Positions 1 to 8,632 of a stretch of 64,000 bases of DNA are shown piece after piece (positions within the stretch are counted from its first letter, which is position 1; every line of letters starts with the position of its first letter). The notes under the pieces were generated by a model, which was given only the letters and a program-made list of their open reading frames with translations, did no database searches and had not been told where the DNA came from. Source of the stretch: Patescibacteria group bacterium (GTDB lineage: Bacteria > Patescibacteriota > Microgenomatia > UBA8517); NCBI GenBank assembly GCA_018823885.1, contig JAHJHG010000009.1:64783-128782 (forward strand), in the 5' to 3' direction. A program made the position numbers and the translations under genes.

Positions 1-3
1 CGA

Positions 4-309
4 ATGAAAATGGAAATCGGAATGGAAAAATCGCAAGAAGAACGGGATAGTTATGTGCAAGAGTTGCATGGAAAAGTGATTGAGGGAGACGCTTGTGCAC
101 TAGAGGAGCTTTCAAAAATCGCCATGGGTGGTGCGTCTCAATTGGCGAGAGATTTGATTAATAAAACGGAAGACAGGATGGTAACAAAGCATACAGAGAA
201 TCAAACTTGGGGACCCGGTGTTCCTAAAGAAGCTTGGTCTAAAAATGATCAAGAACGAATGGAAAGAGGGGAATTACCAGAAGGGACCCCCCTACATCCT
301 AATATTTAA
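4..309 (+). CDS. hypothetical protein (edge ORF, coding status uncertain)
   Basis: 101-aa ORF at window start; highly charged sequence, no recognisable motif; ends 2 nt before the convergent helicase gene. Confidence 0.3.
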   Translation: MKMEIGMEKSQEERDSYVQELHGKVIEGDACALEELSKIAMGGASQLARDLINKTEDRMVTKHTENQTWGPGVPKEAWSKNDQERMERGELPEGTPLHPNI

Positions 310-311
310 AA

Positions 312-2135
312 TTAACTGATTGTTTCTAACAAATCTTCAGGTATATCCATGATAAAGCGACTGGGCGGGTTTGATGTTTTTTGGCCAAAATATAACCTTC
401 GGTCGGCAAAGGTTAAATACAGAAGTTTTTTAGCTCGCGTCATGCCAACGTAAGCAAGGCGCCTTTCTTCCTCAAGTGCATTTGTGTCCCACAGGCTTCT
501 TGAGTGAGGGAAAAGCCCCTCTTCCATTCCCACGACAAAAATTACAGAGAACTCTAACCCTTTTGCGGCATGCAAGGTCATCAAAGAGATTTTTCCACGA
601 GTAGGGCCTAGAGTTTTAATGACTCCTTTTTCATTTTGCTCCGATTCCATCAAGGCTACATTTTCTAAAAATGCTGATATTTTTGGAAATTCTGTTGCAA
701 CAGACCTTAACTCTTTAATATTTTCTAGTCGCATTATATTTTCATCCGTCTCTCTTTTGTATTTGGCCAAATAGTCGGTTTTTTGTATTACGGCATCGAG
801 CAGATCAAGTGTCGAAAATTTCTCGATATCACCAAGCTTTTTCGCAAGTTCTTTGAATTTCGTAAACCTTCTTTTTCCTAGTTTTAGTGCCCTATTTTTT
901 GAGACAGTATCTCTGGAATTAACAAGAAGTCTTAGGTAGGAAAGTATATCTTTAATTTCTTTACGACCATAGAAACGAGTACCCCTTATAAGTACGTACG
1001 GTATTCCGGTGTGGAGAAGCGCTTCCTCGAGAACTCTTGATTGTGCATTTGTTCGATAAAGTATGGCCACATCTTTTAATTTGTATCCATTGGAAATTAA
1101 TGATTGGGTTTGGTTAACAACAAAGGTAGCTTCGTTAAGCCCGTTTTTCGCCCGGTGTATTTTTATTTTTTCGCCATTGCCTTTATTGGTCCACAGCTTC
1201 AAGATAGGATGTCCGGTGTTTTTTGAAATGACAGAATTAGAAGCCGAAAGTATGTTTTGAGTTGAACGATAATTTCTTTCAAGATTTACAACCTTTATTT
1301 TCGGGTAGTCGCGCATAAGGTTAGAGATGTTTCGATGATCTGCCCCTCGCCATGCATAAATGCTTTGTGACGCGTCACCAACCGCGGTTAAGTTTTCTTT
1401 ATCTCCAACAATGAGCTTTGTAAGATTGTATTGAACTTTGTTGGTATCCTGCCATTCATCAACAAAAACATGAGTTAGTTTGTTTTGCCATCGAGACAAT
1501 ACTTCTGGGTTTTTTTGAAACAGGGTAACCGTTTTTAAAAGAAGGTCGTCAAAATCCAAAGCGCCAACGCGCTTTAGATACTTCTCATATTCTGTGTAGA
1601 ACTTGAAAACTTTTTCTTGCCAATCCCCTTGGGCTATTTCACCAAACTGCAAAGAAGACAACATTTGATTTTTGGCATCGGAAATTACGGAGGCAATTGC
1701 AGCCGGTTTGTACGTATCAGTCGACAAATTAAAATTATTAACAATTTCTTTTATAGATTCTTTGGTGTCACCCTCATCGTATATAAGAAAATGCTTTGGT
1801 ATGTCGATAACCGATCCGTCAATTCTTAGAACTTTAACACAGAAAGAATGAAAAGTTCCCGAATAAGGAGGAGCAGAGCCAACAAGTTTTTCTACTCTCT
1901 CTTTCATCTCGGTCGCTGCTTTATTAGTGAACGTCAGTAACAATATATTTTCAGGCTTTGCTTGTTTTTGTGCCAAGAGATAAGCGGCCCGATGAGTTAA
2001 TACTTTTGTTTTACCACTACCTGCCCCAGCAAGTACTAATAGTGGACCGCCCTGATAGGTAACAGCATTTTTCTGTTCTTTGTTAAGGGTAGAAACCAGC
2101 TTGTGGCTGATTCTCTTATCTAATACAATAGTCAT
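312..2135 (-). CDS. ATP-dependent DNA helicase, UvrD/PcrA/Rep superfamily 1
   Basis: 607 aa; Walker A GAGSGKTKVLTHRAAYL near N-terminus, motif II FVDEWQDTN, NYRSTQNIL motif and C-terminal LMTLHAAKGLEF...VGMTRA typical of UvrD-like helicases. Confidence 0.85.
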   Translation of the reverse strand: MTIVLDKRISHKLVSTLNKEQKNAVTYQGGPLLVLAGAGSGKTKVLTHRAAYLLAQKQAKPENILLLTFTNKAATEMKERVEKLVGSAPPYSGTFHSFCVKVLRIDGSVIDIPKHFLIYDEGDTKESIKEIVNNFNLSTDTYKPAAIASVISDAKNQMLSSLQFGEIAQGDWQEKVFKFYTEYEKYLKRVGALDFDDLLLKTVTLFQKNPEVLSRWQNKLTHVFVDEWQDTNKVQYNLTKLIVGDKENLTAVGDASQSIYAWRGADHRNISNLMRDYPKIKVVNLERNYRSTQNILSASNSVISKNTGHPILKLWTNKGNGEKIKIHRAKNGLNEATFVVNQTQSLISNGYKLKDVAILYRTNAQSRVLEEALLHTGIPYVLIRGTRFYGRKEIKDILSYLRLLVNSRDTVSKNRALKLGKRRFTKFKELAKKLGDIEKFSTLDLLDAVIQKTDYLAKYKRETDENIMRLENIKELRSVATEFPKISAFLENVALMESEQNEKGVIKTLGPTRGKISLMTLHAAKGLEFSVIFVVGMEEGLFPHSRSLWDTNALEEERRLAYVGMTRAKKLLYLTFADRRLYFGQKTSNPPSRFIMDIPEDLLETIS

Positions 2136-2158
2136 AGCTTATTTTTCAAAAGATTTTA

Positions 2159-3271
2159 ATGCCCGTTAAGTTTAACATGCAAAACGCTGAGCAAAGTTTC
2201 AAAAAACCAGACAAAAGAAGAATTGTCAGATCTAGAATAAAAAGAAGATTATTAAAACACATCTGGCTTGTAAGAGTTGGCCTGATTACATTAATTTTCT
2301 TGGGCATATATATTTTCTACCTTCTCGCTTCTTTGATATTCGGGAGATTGGGTGTTACCAGTTATTTGGGACTTATTGGAGATTTTATTTTTACACCGAC
2401 CCAAAAAATCCAAACAATGGAAGATAGGACAAATATTCTTATTTTAGGTAAAGGGGGCGAGGGGCATGACGCCCCTGATTTAACAGACACTATTATCTTT
2501 GCCTCAATTACTCATATTAATCCTTCCTTGTCTTTAATTTCGCTTCCAAGAGATATTTGGATACCTGAACTCCGCGCCAAATTAAATAGTACCTATTACT
2601 GGGGAAATCAACAGAAAGAGGGTGGAGGCTTAATTCTTACTAAATCAACCGTCGAGAGTATTGTTGGACAACCAGTACATTACGGACTAGTAATAGATTT
2701 TTCGGGTTTTATGAAAATAGTTGACGTTCTAGGAGGTATAGAAGTAGATATTGAAAGAGGGTTTGTGGATGAAAAATATCCAGTTGTGGGAAAGGAAAAT
2801 GATGAATGTGGCGGAGACATGGAGTATAAGTGTAGATACAAAACAGTAAGCTTTGAGAAAGGATTGCTTATTATGGATGGAGAGACGGCCCTAATTTTTG
2901 TGAGGTCAAGGAATGCTGAGGGAGATGAGGGAACGGACTTGGCTCGTGAGACAAGGCAACAAAAAATCCTAGCCGCCATTCAGACAAAAATATTAAGTTC
3001 AGAAGTCCTTCTTTCCCCTAAAAAAATGCTTTCTGCGTGGGAAGTGGTGCGAGAGTCTATAGAAACGGACGTGGATGCTTCGGCCGGTGCGATATTGGCG
3101 AGGAGACTGTTTCAAACAAGAAATCAGATAGAATCACATATCTTGTCTGGAGAGCTATTGATAAACCCCTCCATTCAATTTAAATATGACAATTTATATG
3201 TTTTTATACCACAAGCAGGAAGTTGGGAAGAGGTGCAAAGTTGGGTAGAAGGTTTGTTGTTTAGTAACTAA
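2159..3271 (+). CDS. LytR-CpsA-Psr (LCP) family cell-wall polymer ligase/attenuator-like protein
   Basis: 370 aa; N-terminal basic stretch + one TM helix, then LCP-like core (NILILGKGGEGHDAPDLTDTIIFASI ... LPRDIWIPELRAKLNSTYYWG ... ALIFVRSRNAEGDEGTDLARETRQQKILAAI). Confidence 0.75.
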   Translation: MPVKFNMQNAEQSFKKPDKRRIVRSRIKRRLLKHIWLVRVGLITLIFLGIYIFYLLASLIFGRLGVTSYLGLIGDFIFTPTQKIQTMEDRTNILILGKGGEGHDAPDLTDTIIFASITHINPSLSLISLPRDIWIPELRAKLNSTYYWGNQQKEGGGLILTKSTVESIVGQPVHYGLVIDFSGFMKIVDVLGGIEVDIERGFVDEKYPVVGKENDECGGDMEYKCRYKTVSFEKGLLIMDGETALIFVRSRNAEGDEGTDLARETRQQKILAAIQTKILSSEVLLSPKKMLSAWEVVRESIETDVDASAGAILARRLFQTRNQIESHILSGELLINPSIQFKYDNLYVFIPQAGSWEEVQSWVEGLLFSN

Positions 3272-4418
3272 CCCAACCAAATTTATTAATCCAAATTACT
3301 CCCCATAGATTTACCAGTATTCCCAGAAAGAGAAAAACCCAATGGATTGGTTTAAGATTAGTTTTTGCAATCCCCTTTATTGTTAGAAAAATGAGAAATG
3401 GATAGAAATCGACGGCAAAGCGATAACCGAACTGGGCAAAACCTGTTCCCCCATGTATTCCTACAACAAGGAAAATCAATAATATAGAAAGCCATGAAAG
3501 CTTCACAGCCATTTCTTTTAATGAAGCCTTGAGTGCAAAGACAAATGCGGGAGTTGTCATCCAAATAGCCATACCGGCCCAAGAAGGCTGGAGATAGGGG
3601 AAATGGTTTAGAATTTTAGGGCCCATCAAAAATGCAACTTTCAGATCTTCAAGAATATAAGAAGGATGGACAATGCCTTTTGAGAACCAAGGTTCATTTA
3701 GGGTTCCCGGTATCAAAAAATATCCTTTATTCCATGGAACACCAAAGCGTGTGAAATTGTAAATTGAATCAAAAGCGAAAAACATTAAAAAAGGAATGGC
3801 AAGTTTTAGATAACTTTTTATGTTTGGCAAGCTTTTCCTTAATAGAAATAGATAAAGCGGTAGAGAAAGAATTGTGTGAGGTCGAGACAAATATGCAGCT
3901 CCCAAGAGGATGGACACAATAATTGGTCTTTTTTTATCAAGACTTTCCGTAAGAGCGGCCATGAGGAAGAAGGCAGCCGTAATTTGACCCAGATACCATA
4001 CAGAACCGACGGATGATAAGTAAAATATTATGCTTCCGAGTCCTACCAAAATCCCTGACCACAATGCTAGTTTTTTATCTTTTTTGATCAAATATGACAA
4101 CTTCATAGTTAACACAACCAATAGTGCGCCGAGGAAATGAGCGAGATATTGTTGAGGAAAACTTTTTCCAAAAAGAAAAACAAAGGGCATTAGAAGAATT
4201 GCCGGCATGGGCGGGTAAACAACGTAAAAGGTGTTATTCTTGGCAGGGATTAATTCGCTTAACCAAGAAGGGTTTTCTTCTAACCAATATTTACCTTGAA
4301 GAAAAGAATGGCTAAGTCGGGTAAAATAGTCGTAAGGTGTATCGCCGGGGGAGGTAACTAGGTAAATTATGAAGATTAGAAAGAAAGAGACGAGAATTAA
4401 TTTTTTCACTTTCACCAT
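3261..4418 (-). CDS. polytopic membrane protein, GT-C fold glycosyltransferase-like (ArnT/PMT-like)
   Basis: 385 aa, ~10 hydrophobic helices, aromatic/Pro-rich loops typical of lipid-carrier dependent glycosyltransferases; 5' end overlaps the divergent GT-C gene by 50 nt, so one start may be mis-set. Confidence 0.55.
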   Translation of the reverse strand: MVKVKKLILVSFFLIFIIYLVTSPGDTPYDYFTRLSHSFLQGKYWLEENPSWLSELIPAKNNTFYVVYPPMPAILLMPFVFLFGKSFPQQYLAHFLGALLVVLTMKLSYLIKKDKKLALWSGILVGLGSIIFYLSSVGSVWYLGQITAAFFLMAALTESLDKKRPIIVSILLGAAYLSRPHTILSLPLYLFLLRKSLPNIKSYLKLAIPFLMFFAFDSIYNFTRFGVPWNKGYFLIPGTLNEPWFSKGIVHPSYILEDLKVAFLMGPKILNHFPYLQPSWAGMAIWMTTPAFVFALKASLKEMAVKLSWLSILLIFLVVGIHGGTGFAQFGYRFAVDFYPFLIFLTIKGIAKTNLKPIHWVFLFLGILVNLWGVIWINKFGWVSY

Positions 4419-6801
4419 TTTACTTCTTCTTTTTACTGCTTTGGTAGTAAGACTTGCTCTTTCTCCATTTGGGACGTTGACCCTTGATCAAAATACCTTT
4501 ATAGGTTGGAGCAATAGGTTGATTGAGGTCGGATTTAGCAGATTTTATGATACATGGTCTGATTATTTGCCTGGCTATTTATATGTACTTTGGGCTTTAG
4601 GTTGGATTAAAGAAGCAATTTCATTTCCGAGCGTGCTTCTTTTTAAACTACCCGCAATATTTTCAGATGTACTAACTGGTTTCTTAATTTACAGGATTGT
4701 TGGGAAATTAAAAAACAAAAGATGGGGAATAGTTGCATCAGGACTGTATCTTTTTAATCCTGCGGTTTTGGCAAATTCCGCTTTATGGGGACAAGCAGAC
4801 TCTTTAACGGCACTTTTCTCACTTTTGGCCATATGGCTCATTGATATTAATCCACTTATTTCGTCCCTTGCTCTTGCATTCGGTACTTTAATAAAGCCGC
4901 AAGCCGTGCTTGCAGCGCCAGTTGTTTTATTTGTGATGTTGAAAAGAAAGTGGACAACACAGAAAATACTAATCTATATTTTCACTTCCCTTGTATTTTT
5001 TGTGATAGCCTTTATTCCTTTTGCTGGCGAAAAAAGTTTGGTGTTATTTATTGTAGAAAGAATCTCGGCAACTTTAGGGCAATATCCTTATACAAGTGTC
5101 AACGCCTTTAATTTTTGGGGACTTTTTGGTTTTTGGCAGAAAGATGTTTTTGTAACCTCGCTTTTAGGTATTGCAATAACGGCGGCGCTTTTCTTGTTTG
5201 GCGCAAAGAAATTATGGAAAAGAAAAAACTCTCGCTATTTGTTGTTGGCTACAATTTTTGCCGCGAATTTTCTCTTTTTTACAAGAATGCACGAGAGGCA
5301 TCTTTTACCTGTATTTGCACCTTTGGCAATAGGTGCTTCGCTATGTTGCAATCTTTGGTTGTCATATGCTGGCTTCTCCCTGGTTTATATCATTAATCTT
5401 TACTATTCTTTTATCTGGATTACACAAAGCTTTACAAGTGTTCTCCCGCCTTCAGTGATTGTTGTTTGCATCATGTTTAATCTTGGTTTTCTTTTGCTGA
5501 TTCTTTTTGAGATATTTAAGAAGAAGGAGCACCAACACTTTGTCCAATTTTCCAAAAATCTAAACAAAAAACTTCGTTCTTTTTCAAAAGTTCCGAACCA
5601 AAAGATAAAAAAACTATCCGCAAGAACCGTAAAGATTTCTCTGTTTGCTATTTTTATCTTTGCATTGGTTTCCCGCACTTTGTGGCTAACCACCCCCAGC
5701 AATGAGTATTTTGATGAGGTCTATCATGCTTTTACAGCAAAAAGAATGCTTCATGGTGATCCAAAAGCTTGGGAGTGGTGGAACACGTCTCCAGAAGGGT
5801 TTGCTTATGAATGGACGCATCCTCCTTTGGCGAAGTTAGGAATGGTCTTAGGAATGGTTGTTTTTGGAGAGACCCCTTTTGGATGGAGAATTCCGGGAGC
5901 GCTGCTTGGAGTAGGTAGTGTCATGTTGATATATTTAATTGCAAAGAAACTTTTTAAAGATGAGTTAATAGGTTTGCTCTCGGCAAGTGTTTTTGCGCTA
6001 GAAGGACTCCCCCTTGTTATGAGCAGGATTGGAATGAACGATAGCTATCTTTTGTTTTTCTCACTTCTGGCGCTTTATTTGTTTCTTGTTGATAAATGTT
6101 TTCTGTCAGCAATTTCTTTTGGCCTTGCTATTTCATCTAAGTGGAGCGCTGTTTGGTTAGTTCCGATCCTGTTTGTTTCCTTCTTTGTTTTGAAGAAGAA
6201 ATTTAAAATAAAGTATTTCTGGTTTCTAATTTTGCCGCCATTGATTTATCTTGCTTGCTATATTCCAATGTTTTTAACAGGACATGATTTTAATACTTTT
6301 GTTGGGGTTCAAAAACAGATGTGGTGGTATCATACGAGACTTGAGGCAACTCATTCGTATACGTCTTCTTGGTGGAGTTGGCCATTTTTAGTAAGACCGA
6401 TTTATTTATATACAAGCAATGTTGTTAACGGGACTGTTGCTAGGATTTATGCGATGGGTAATCCAATTATTTTTTGGTTTGGTATATTTTCTATTCTATT
6501 GGGCGCCTTTTTTGCTTTTGTTGAGAAGAATAAAAAACTGGGTTTTGTAATTTTTTCCTACTTTATATTTTTTGCCCCCTGGGCGGTAGCTCCGAGAATC
6601 ATGTTTTTATACCATTATTTGCCCTCAATCCCTTTTATGGCAATCGCAATTGGATTTGTATTAAAAAGGTTTCCGCGAATAATTATTCCTTTTCTGGCGA
6701 CTTCTTTAATTGTCTATATTTTCTTTTTTCCACACTTGGCGGGTTTACAGGTACCAGTTTGGTTAGATAAATTGTATTACTTAATTCCTTCGTGGAGATG
6801 A
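4369..6801 (+). CDS. large membrane glycosyltransferase with two GT-C (PMT/ArnT, GT39/GT83-like) modules
   Basis: 810 aa, >16 TM helices; second module carries EYFDEVYHAFTAKRML...WEWWNTSPEGFAYEWTHPPLAKL...FGWRIPGALLGV, the DE-loop/first-helix signature of dolichyl/undecaprenyl-phosphate-sugar dependent glycosyltransferases; first module has a similar TM-loop layout. Confidence 0.65.
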   Translation: MKIRKKETRINFFTFTILLLLFTALVVRLALSPFGTLTLDQNTFIGWSNRLIEVGFSRFYDTWSDYLPGYLYVLWALGWIKEAISFPSVLLFKLPAIFSDVLTGFLIYRIVGKLKNKRWGIVASGLYLFNPAVLANSALWGQADSLTALFSLLAIWLIDINPLISSLALAFGTLIKPQAVLAAPVVLFVMLKRKWTTQKILIYIFTSLVFFVIAFIPFAGEKSLVLFIVERISATLGQYPYTSVNAFNFWGLFGFWQKDVFVTSLLGIAITAALFLFGAKKLWKRKNSRYLLLATIFAANFLFFTRMHERHLLPVFAPLAIGASLCCNLWLSYAGFSLVYIINLYYSFIWITQSFTSVLPPSVIVVCIMFNLGFLLLILFEIFKKKEHQHFVQFSKNLNKKLRSFSKVPNQKIKKLSARTVKISLFAIFIFALVSRTLWLTTPSNEYFDEVYHAFTAKRMLHGDPKAWEWWNTSPEGFAYEWTHPPLAKLGMVLGMVVFGETPFGWRIPGALLGVGSVMLIYLIAKKLFKDELIGLLSASVFALEGLPLVMSRIGMNDSYLLFFSLLALYLFLVDKCFLSAISFGLAISSKWSAVWLVPILFVSFFVLKKKFKIKYFWFLILPPLIYLACYIPMFLTGHDFNTFVGVQKQMWWYHTRLEATHSYTSSWWSWPFLVRPIYLYTSNVVNGTVARIYAMGNPIIFWFGIFSILLGAFFAFVEKNKKLGFVIFSYFIFFAPWAVAPRIMFLYHYLPSIPFMAIAIGFVLKRFPRIIIPFLATSLIVYIFFFPHLAGLQVPVWLDKLYYLIPSWR

Positions 6802-6803
6802 TA

Positions 6804-7415
6804 TTAGAGAGCCAGAGCGAGCGATATTAATATTAAGAGAATACCAGCTGCTCCACCGATAATGGTTGGGTAGGACACTCCGGCGTCAGGTAGCTCTGGT
6901 TCGGCAGTTGGTGAGCCGGTTGGAGTGGCAGTCGGACTTTCGGTTGCTGTTTCAGTGCAATCCTCTTCTTCGGGAAAGTCTTGATGGCGACAGGTATCCG
7001 TAGTCGCATAACAAATATAATTTTCGTCGACATCCTGACATTGAGCATCGGTTGTACATGCAGAATCACAAGCATAGGTTACTACTTCACCACAAGCGCA
7101 AGTTTCCTCCTCTGGACAATCTGGATTGACGCAAAGCAATTCACCTCCGACATCCTGACATTCTAGACCAGACGAGCAATTATCAGGAGTATCAGTACAA
7201 GCTTCGTAACAAATTGGCCCCTCGGGGATTGTAAGGGTAAATGTCAAAGCAGTACAGCTTTCAGGAGCCGCTGCTTTTGGTTTACTTGTTGGGGCAGTAG
7301 GTGCAACAGGCTCTTGTCTTAATTGATAAAGCCTTATTGCCGTAAACACAGCAATGCCGGCGAGTGCGATTGTTGCTATTACTATTAATATTGTTACGAT
7401 CCTTTTCTTATTCAT
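6804..7415 (-). CDS. small cysteine-rich surface protein: N-terminal signal/anchor, internally duplicated Cys module, C-terminal LPDAG + hydrophobic tail
   Basis: 203 aa; N-term MNKKRIVTILIVIATIALAGIAVF (TM); ~20 Cys in two repeated modules (..ECQDVGGELLCVNPDC.. / ..QCQDVDENYICYATTDTC..); C-term PT-rich linker then ELPDAGVSYPTIIGGAAGILLILISLALAL; last gene of the PilN-PilO operon. Confidence 0.6.
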   Translation of the reverse strand: MNKKRIVTILIVIATIALAGIAVFTAIRLYQLRQEPVAPTAPTSKPKAAAPESCTALTFTLTIPEGPICYEACTDTPDNCSSGLECQDVGGELLCVNPDCPEEETCACGEVVTYACDSACTTDAQCQDVDENYICYATTDTCRHQDFPEEEDCTETATESPTATPTGSPTAEPELPDAGVSYPTIIGGAAGILLILISLALAL

Positions 7416-7416
7416 A

Positions 7417-8613
7417 TTAGAACCAGCCTAAAGTTGTATGATGTATTTCCGCATTTATAGTAAATGTGGTTATGTCTTCTGGAATAGTATATTCGTCGTA
7501 GAATTCGTTAGTACTTGGTCTTTTTGTGGTAACTTCGGTTCTTAAGACTCCATTTATGGTGAATCTTGCTTTATCAAAACTTCCGGAATTAGTCGTACCC
7601 GCAACAGTAAAGCGGACAACATCACCAGCCACTAGACTTGAAAGATTTGTTATTGGGCTCCATTCGATATCAAACACACTTATATCTAAACAAGATGCGG
7701 TGGTTTCCGAGTCGTCCGAGTCGTCCGAGTTGTCATCACCTGGGTCGTCATAGACGTATGATCCGACACAAAATTTTGATGCAAAACTAGTACCAGCAGT
7801 TCCAGGTACTTCGTCTCCTGTACAACTAGGAGCGCTTTGAGGGCAAGTGCAACCGCTTGAACAAACTGGCTTTCCGTCAACTAATCCGATGCAGACTGGC
7901 CACCCACAATAGCCGTAATCGCCAATATGTATGCTTGGAGTTTGAGTGAAACATTGAGAAGTACTTGTATCATTTTCATCATCGGAATCGGAAGTTCCAC
8001 TACATTCGGTTGGTGTATTACCATCTGCGATACATTGTTCATAGTCCGAAAGTTCAGGTACTGATACAGCAACACAATATTTTCCATATGGCGTGGTCAC
8101 ACAATTACCGCTTTTGCACTCAGCGTCATAACTACAACGCTCTCCATTGTCTTTTAGGGATTCACTGTAGGGGATATAGGCTTCTTCTCTGATATCCTGT
8201 TGGTTTTGGACAAGAATTACACCTGCCCCGATTCCTCCAACTAAAACCAAAACCCCAAGAATTGTTGCAATCATCCTTTTACCCACGGGCTTTTTCCCTC
8301 CTGTATCGGAGGTTGTTATTACTGGTGGGATATCAGGAATTGTTTGAGTGCCCTCAGTTGCTCCTGTGACTTGAGCGGGTGTAGTTGTTTCTTCTGGTTT
8401 CTTTTCTTCAACCATTGGTGGAGGTGGAGAAACGGCTCCATCTTCCATTGGTGGTGGAGGTGTGTCAATCGCCTGACCCGAAATATCAAAAGGTGTAGCT
8501 GTTGGGGATGAAACAGGGGTTGTGGGCGCCGTTGTTGTAGCTGATTGGCCAACAATCGGTGTTCCTCCGGTGATTGGTTGATTTGTATTTGTAGCTTTGT
8601 CTTCGTCGGGCAT
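7417..8613 (-). CDS. membrane-anchored Pro/Thr-rich, cysteine-rich extracellular protein
   Basis: 398 aa; PT-rich N-terminal 110 aa, TM helix MIATILGVLVLVGGIGAGVILVQNQQ (paralogous to the anchor of the upstream 444-aa protein), then Cys-rich region (CxxxxCxSGNC, CSSGCTCP) and an acidic DDPGDDNSDDSDDSE tract; start may be the internal Met before the TM. Confidence 0.6.
   Translation of the reverse strand: MPDEDKATNTNQPITGGTPIVGQSATTTAPTTPVSSPTATPFDISGQAIDTPPPPMEDGAVSPPPPMVEEKKPEETTTPAQVTGATEGTQTIPDIPPVITTSDTGGKKPVGKRMIATILGVLVLVGGIGAGVILVQNQQDIREEAYIPYSESLKDNGERCSYDAECKSGNCVTTPYGKYCVAVSVPELSDYEQCIADGNTPTECSGTSDSDDENDTSTSQCFTQTPSIHIGDYGYCGWPVCIGLVDGKPVCSSGCTCPQSAPSCTGDEVPGTAGTSFASKFCVGSYVYDDPGDDNSDDSDDSETTASCLDISVFDIEWSPITNLSSLVAGDVVRFTVAGTTNSGSFDKARFTINGVLRTEVTTKRPSTNEFYDEYTIPEDITTFTINAEIHHTTLGWF
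7705..7737. repeat. 9-bp tandem repeat (tccgagtcg x2 + tccgagttg) inside the Cys-rich protein gene
   Basis: seen directly; encodes DDSDDSDDN acidic tract on the minus strand. Confidence 0.85.
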
Positions 8614-8632
8614 GTTTTAATAATACATTCCT

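Noticed and set aside
1063-1829. Antisense ORFs (65 and 70 aa) inside the helicase gene
   Set aside because: Fully nested on the opposite strand of a well-supported 607-aa helicase CDS with low-complexity translations; shadow ORFs.
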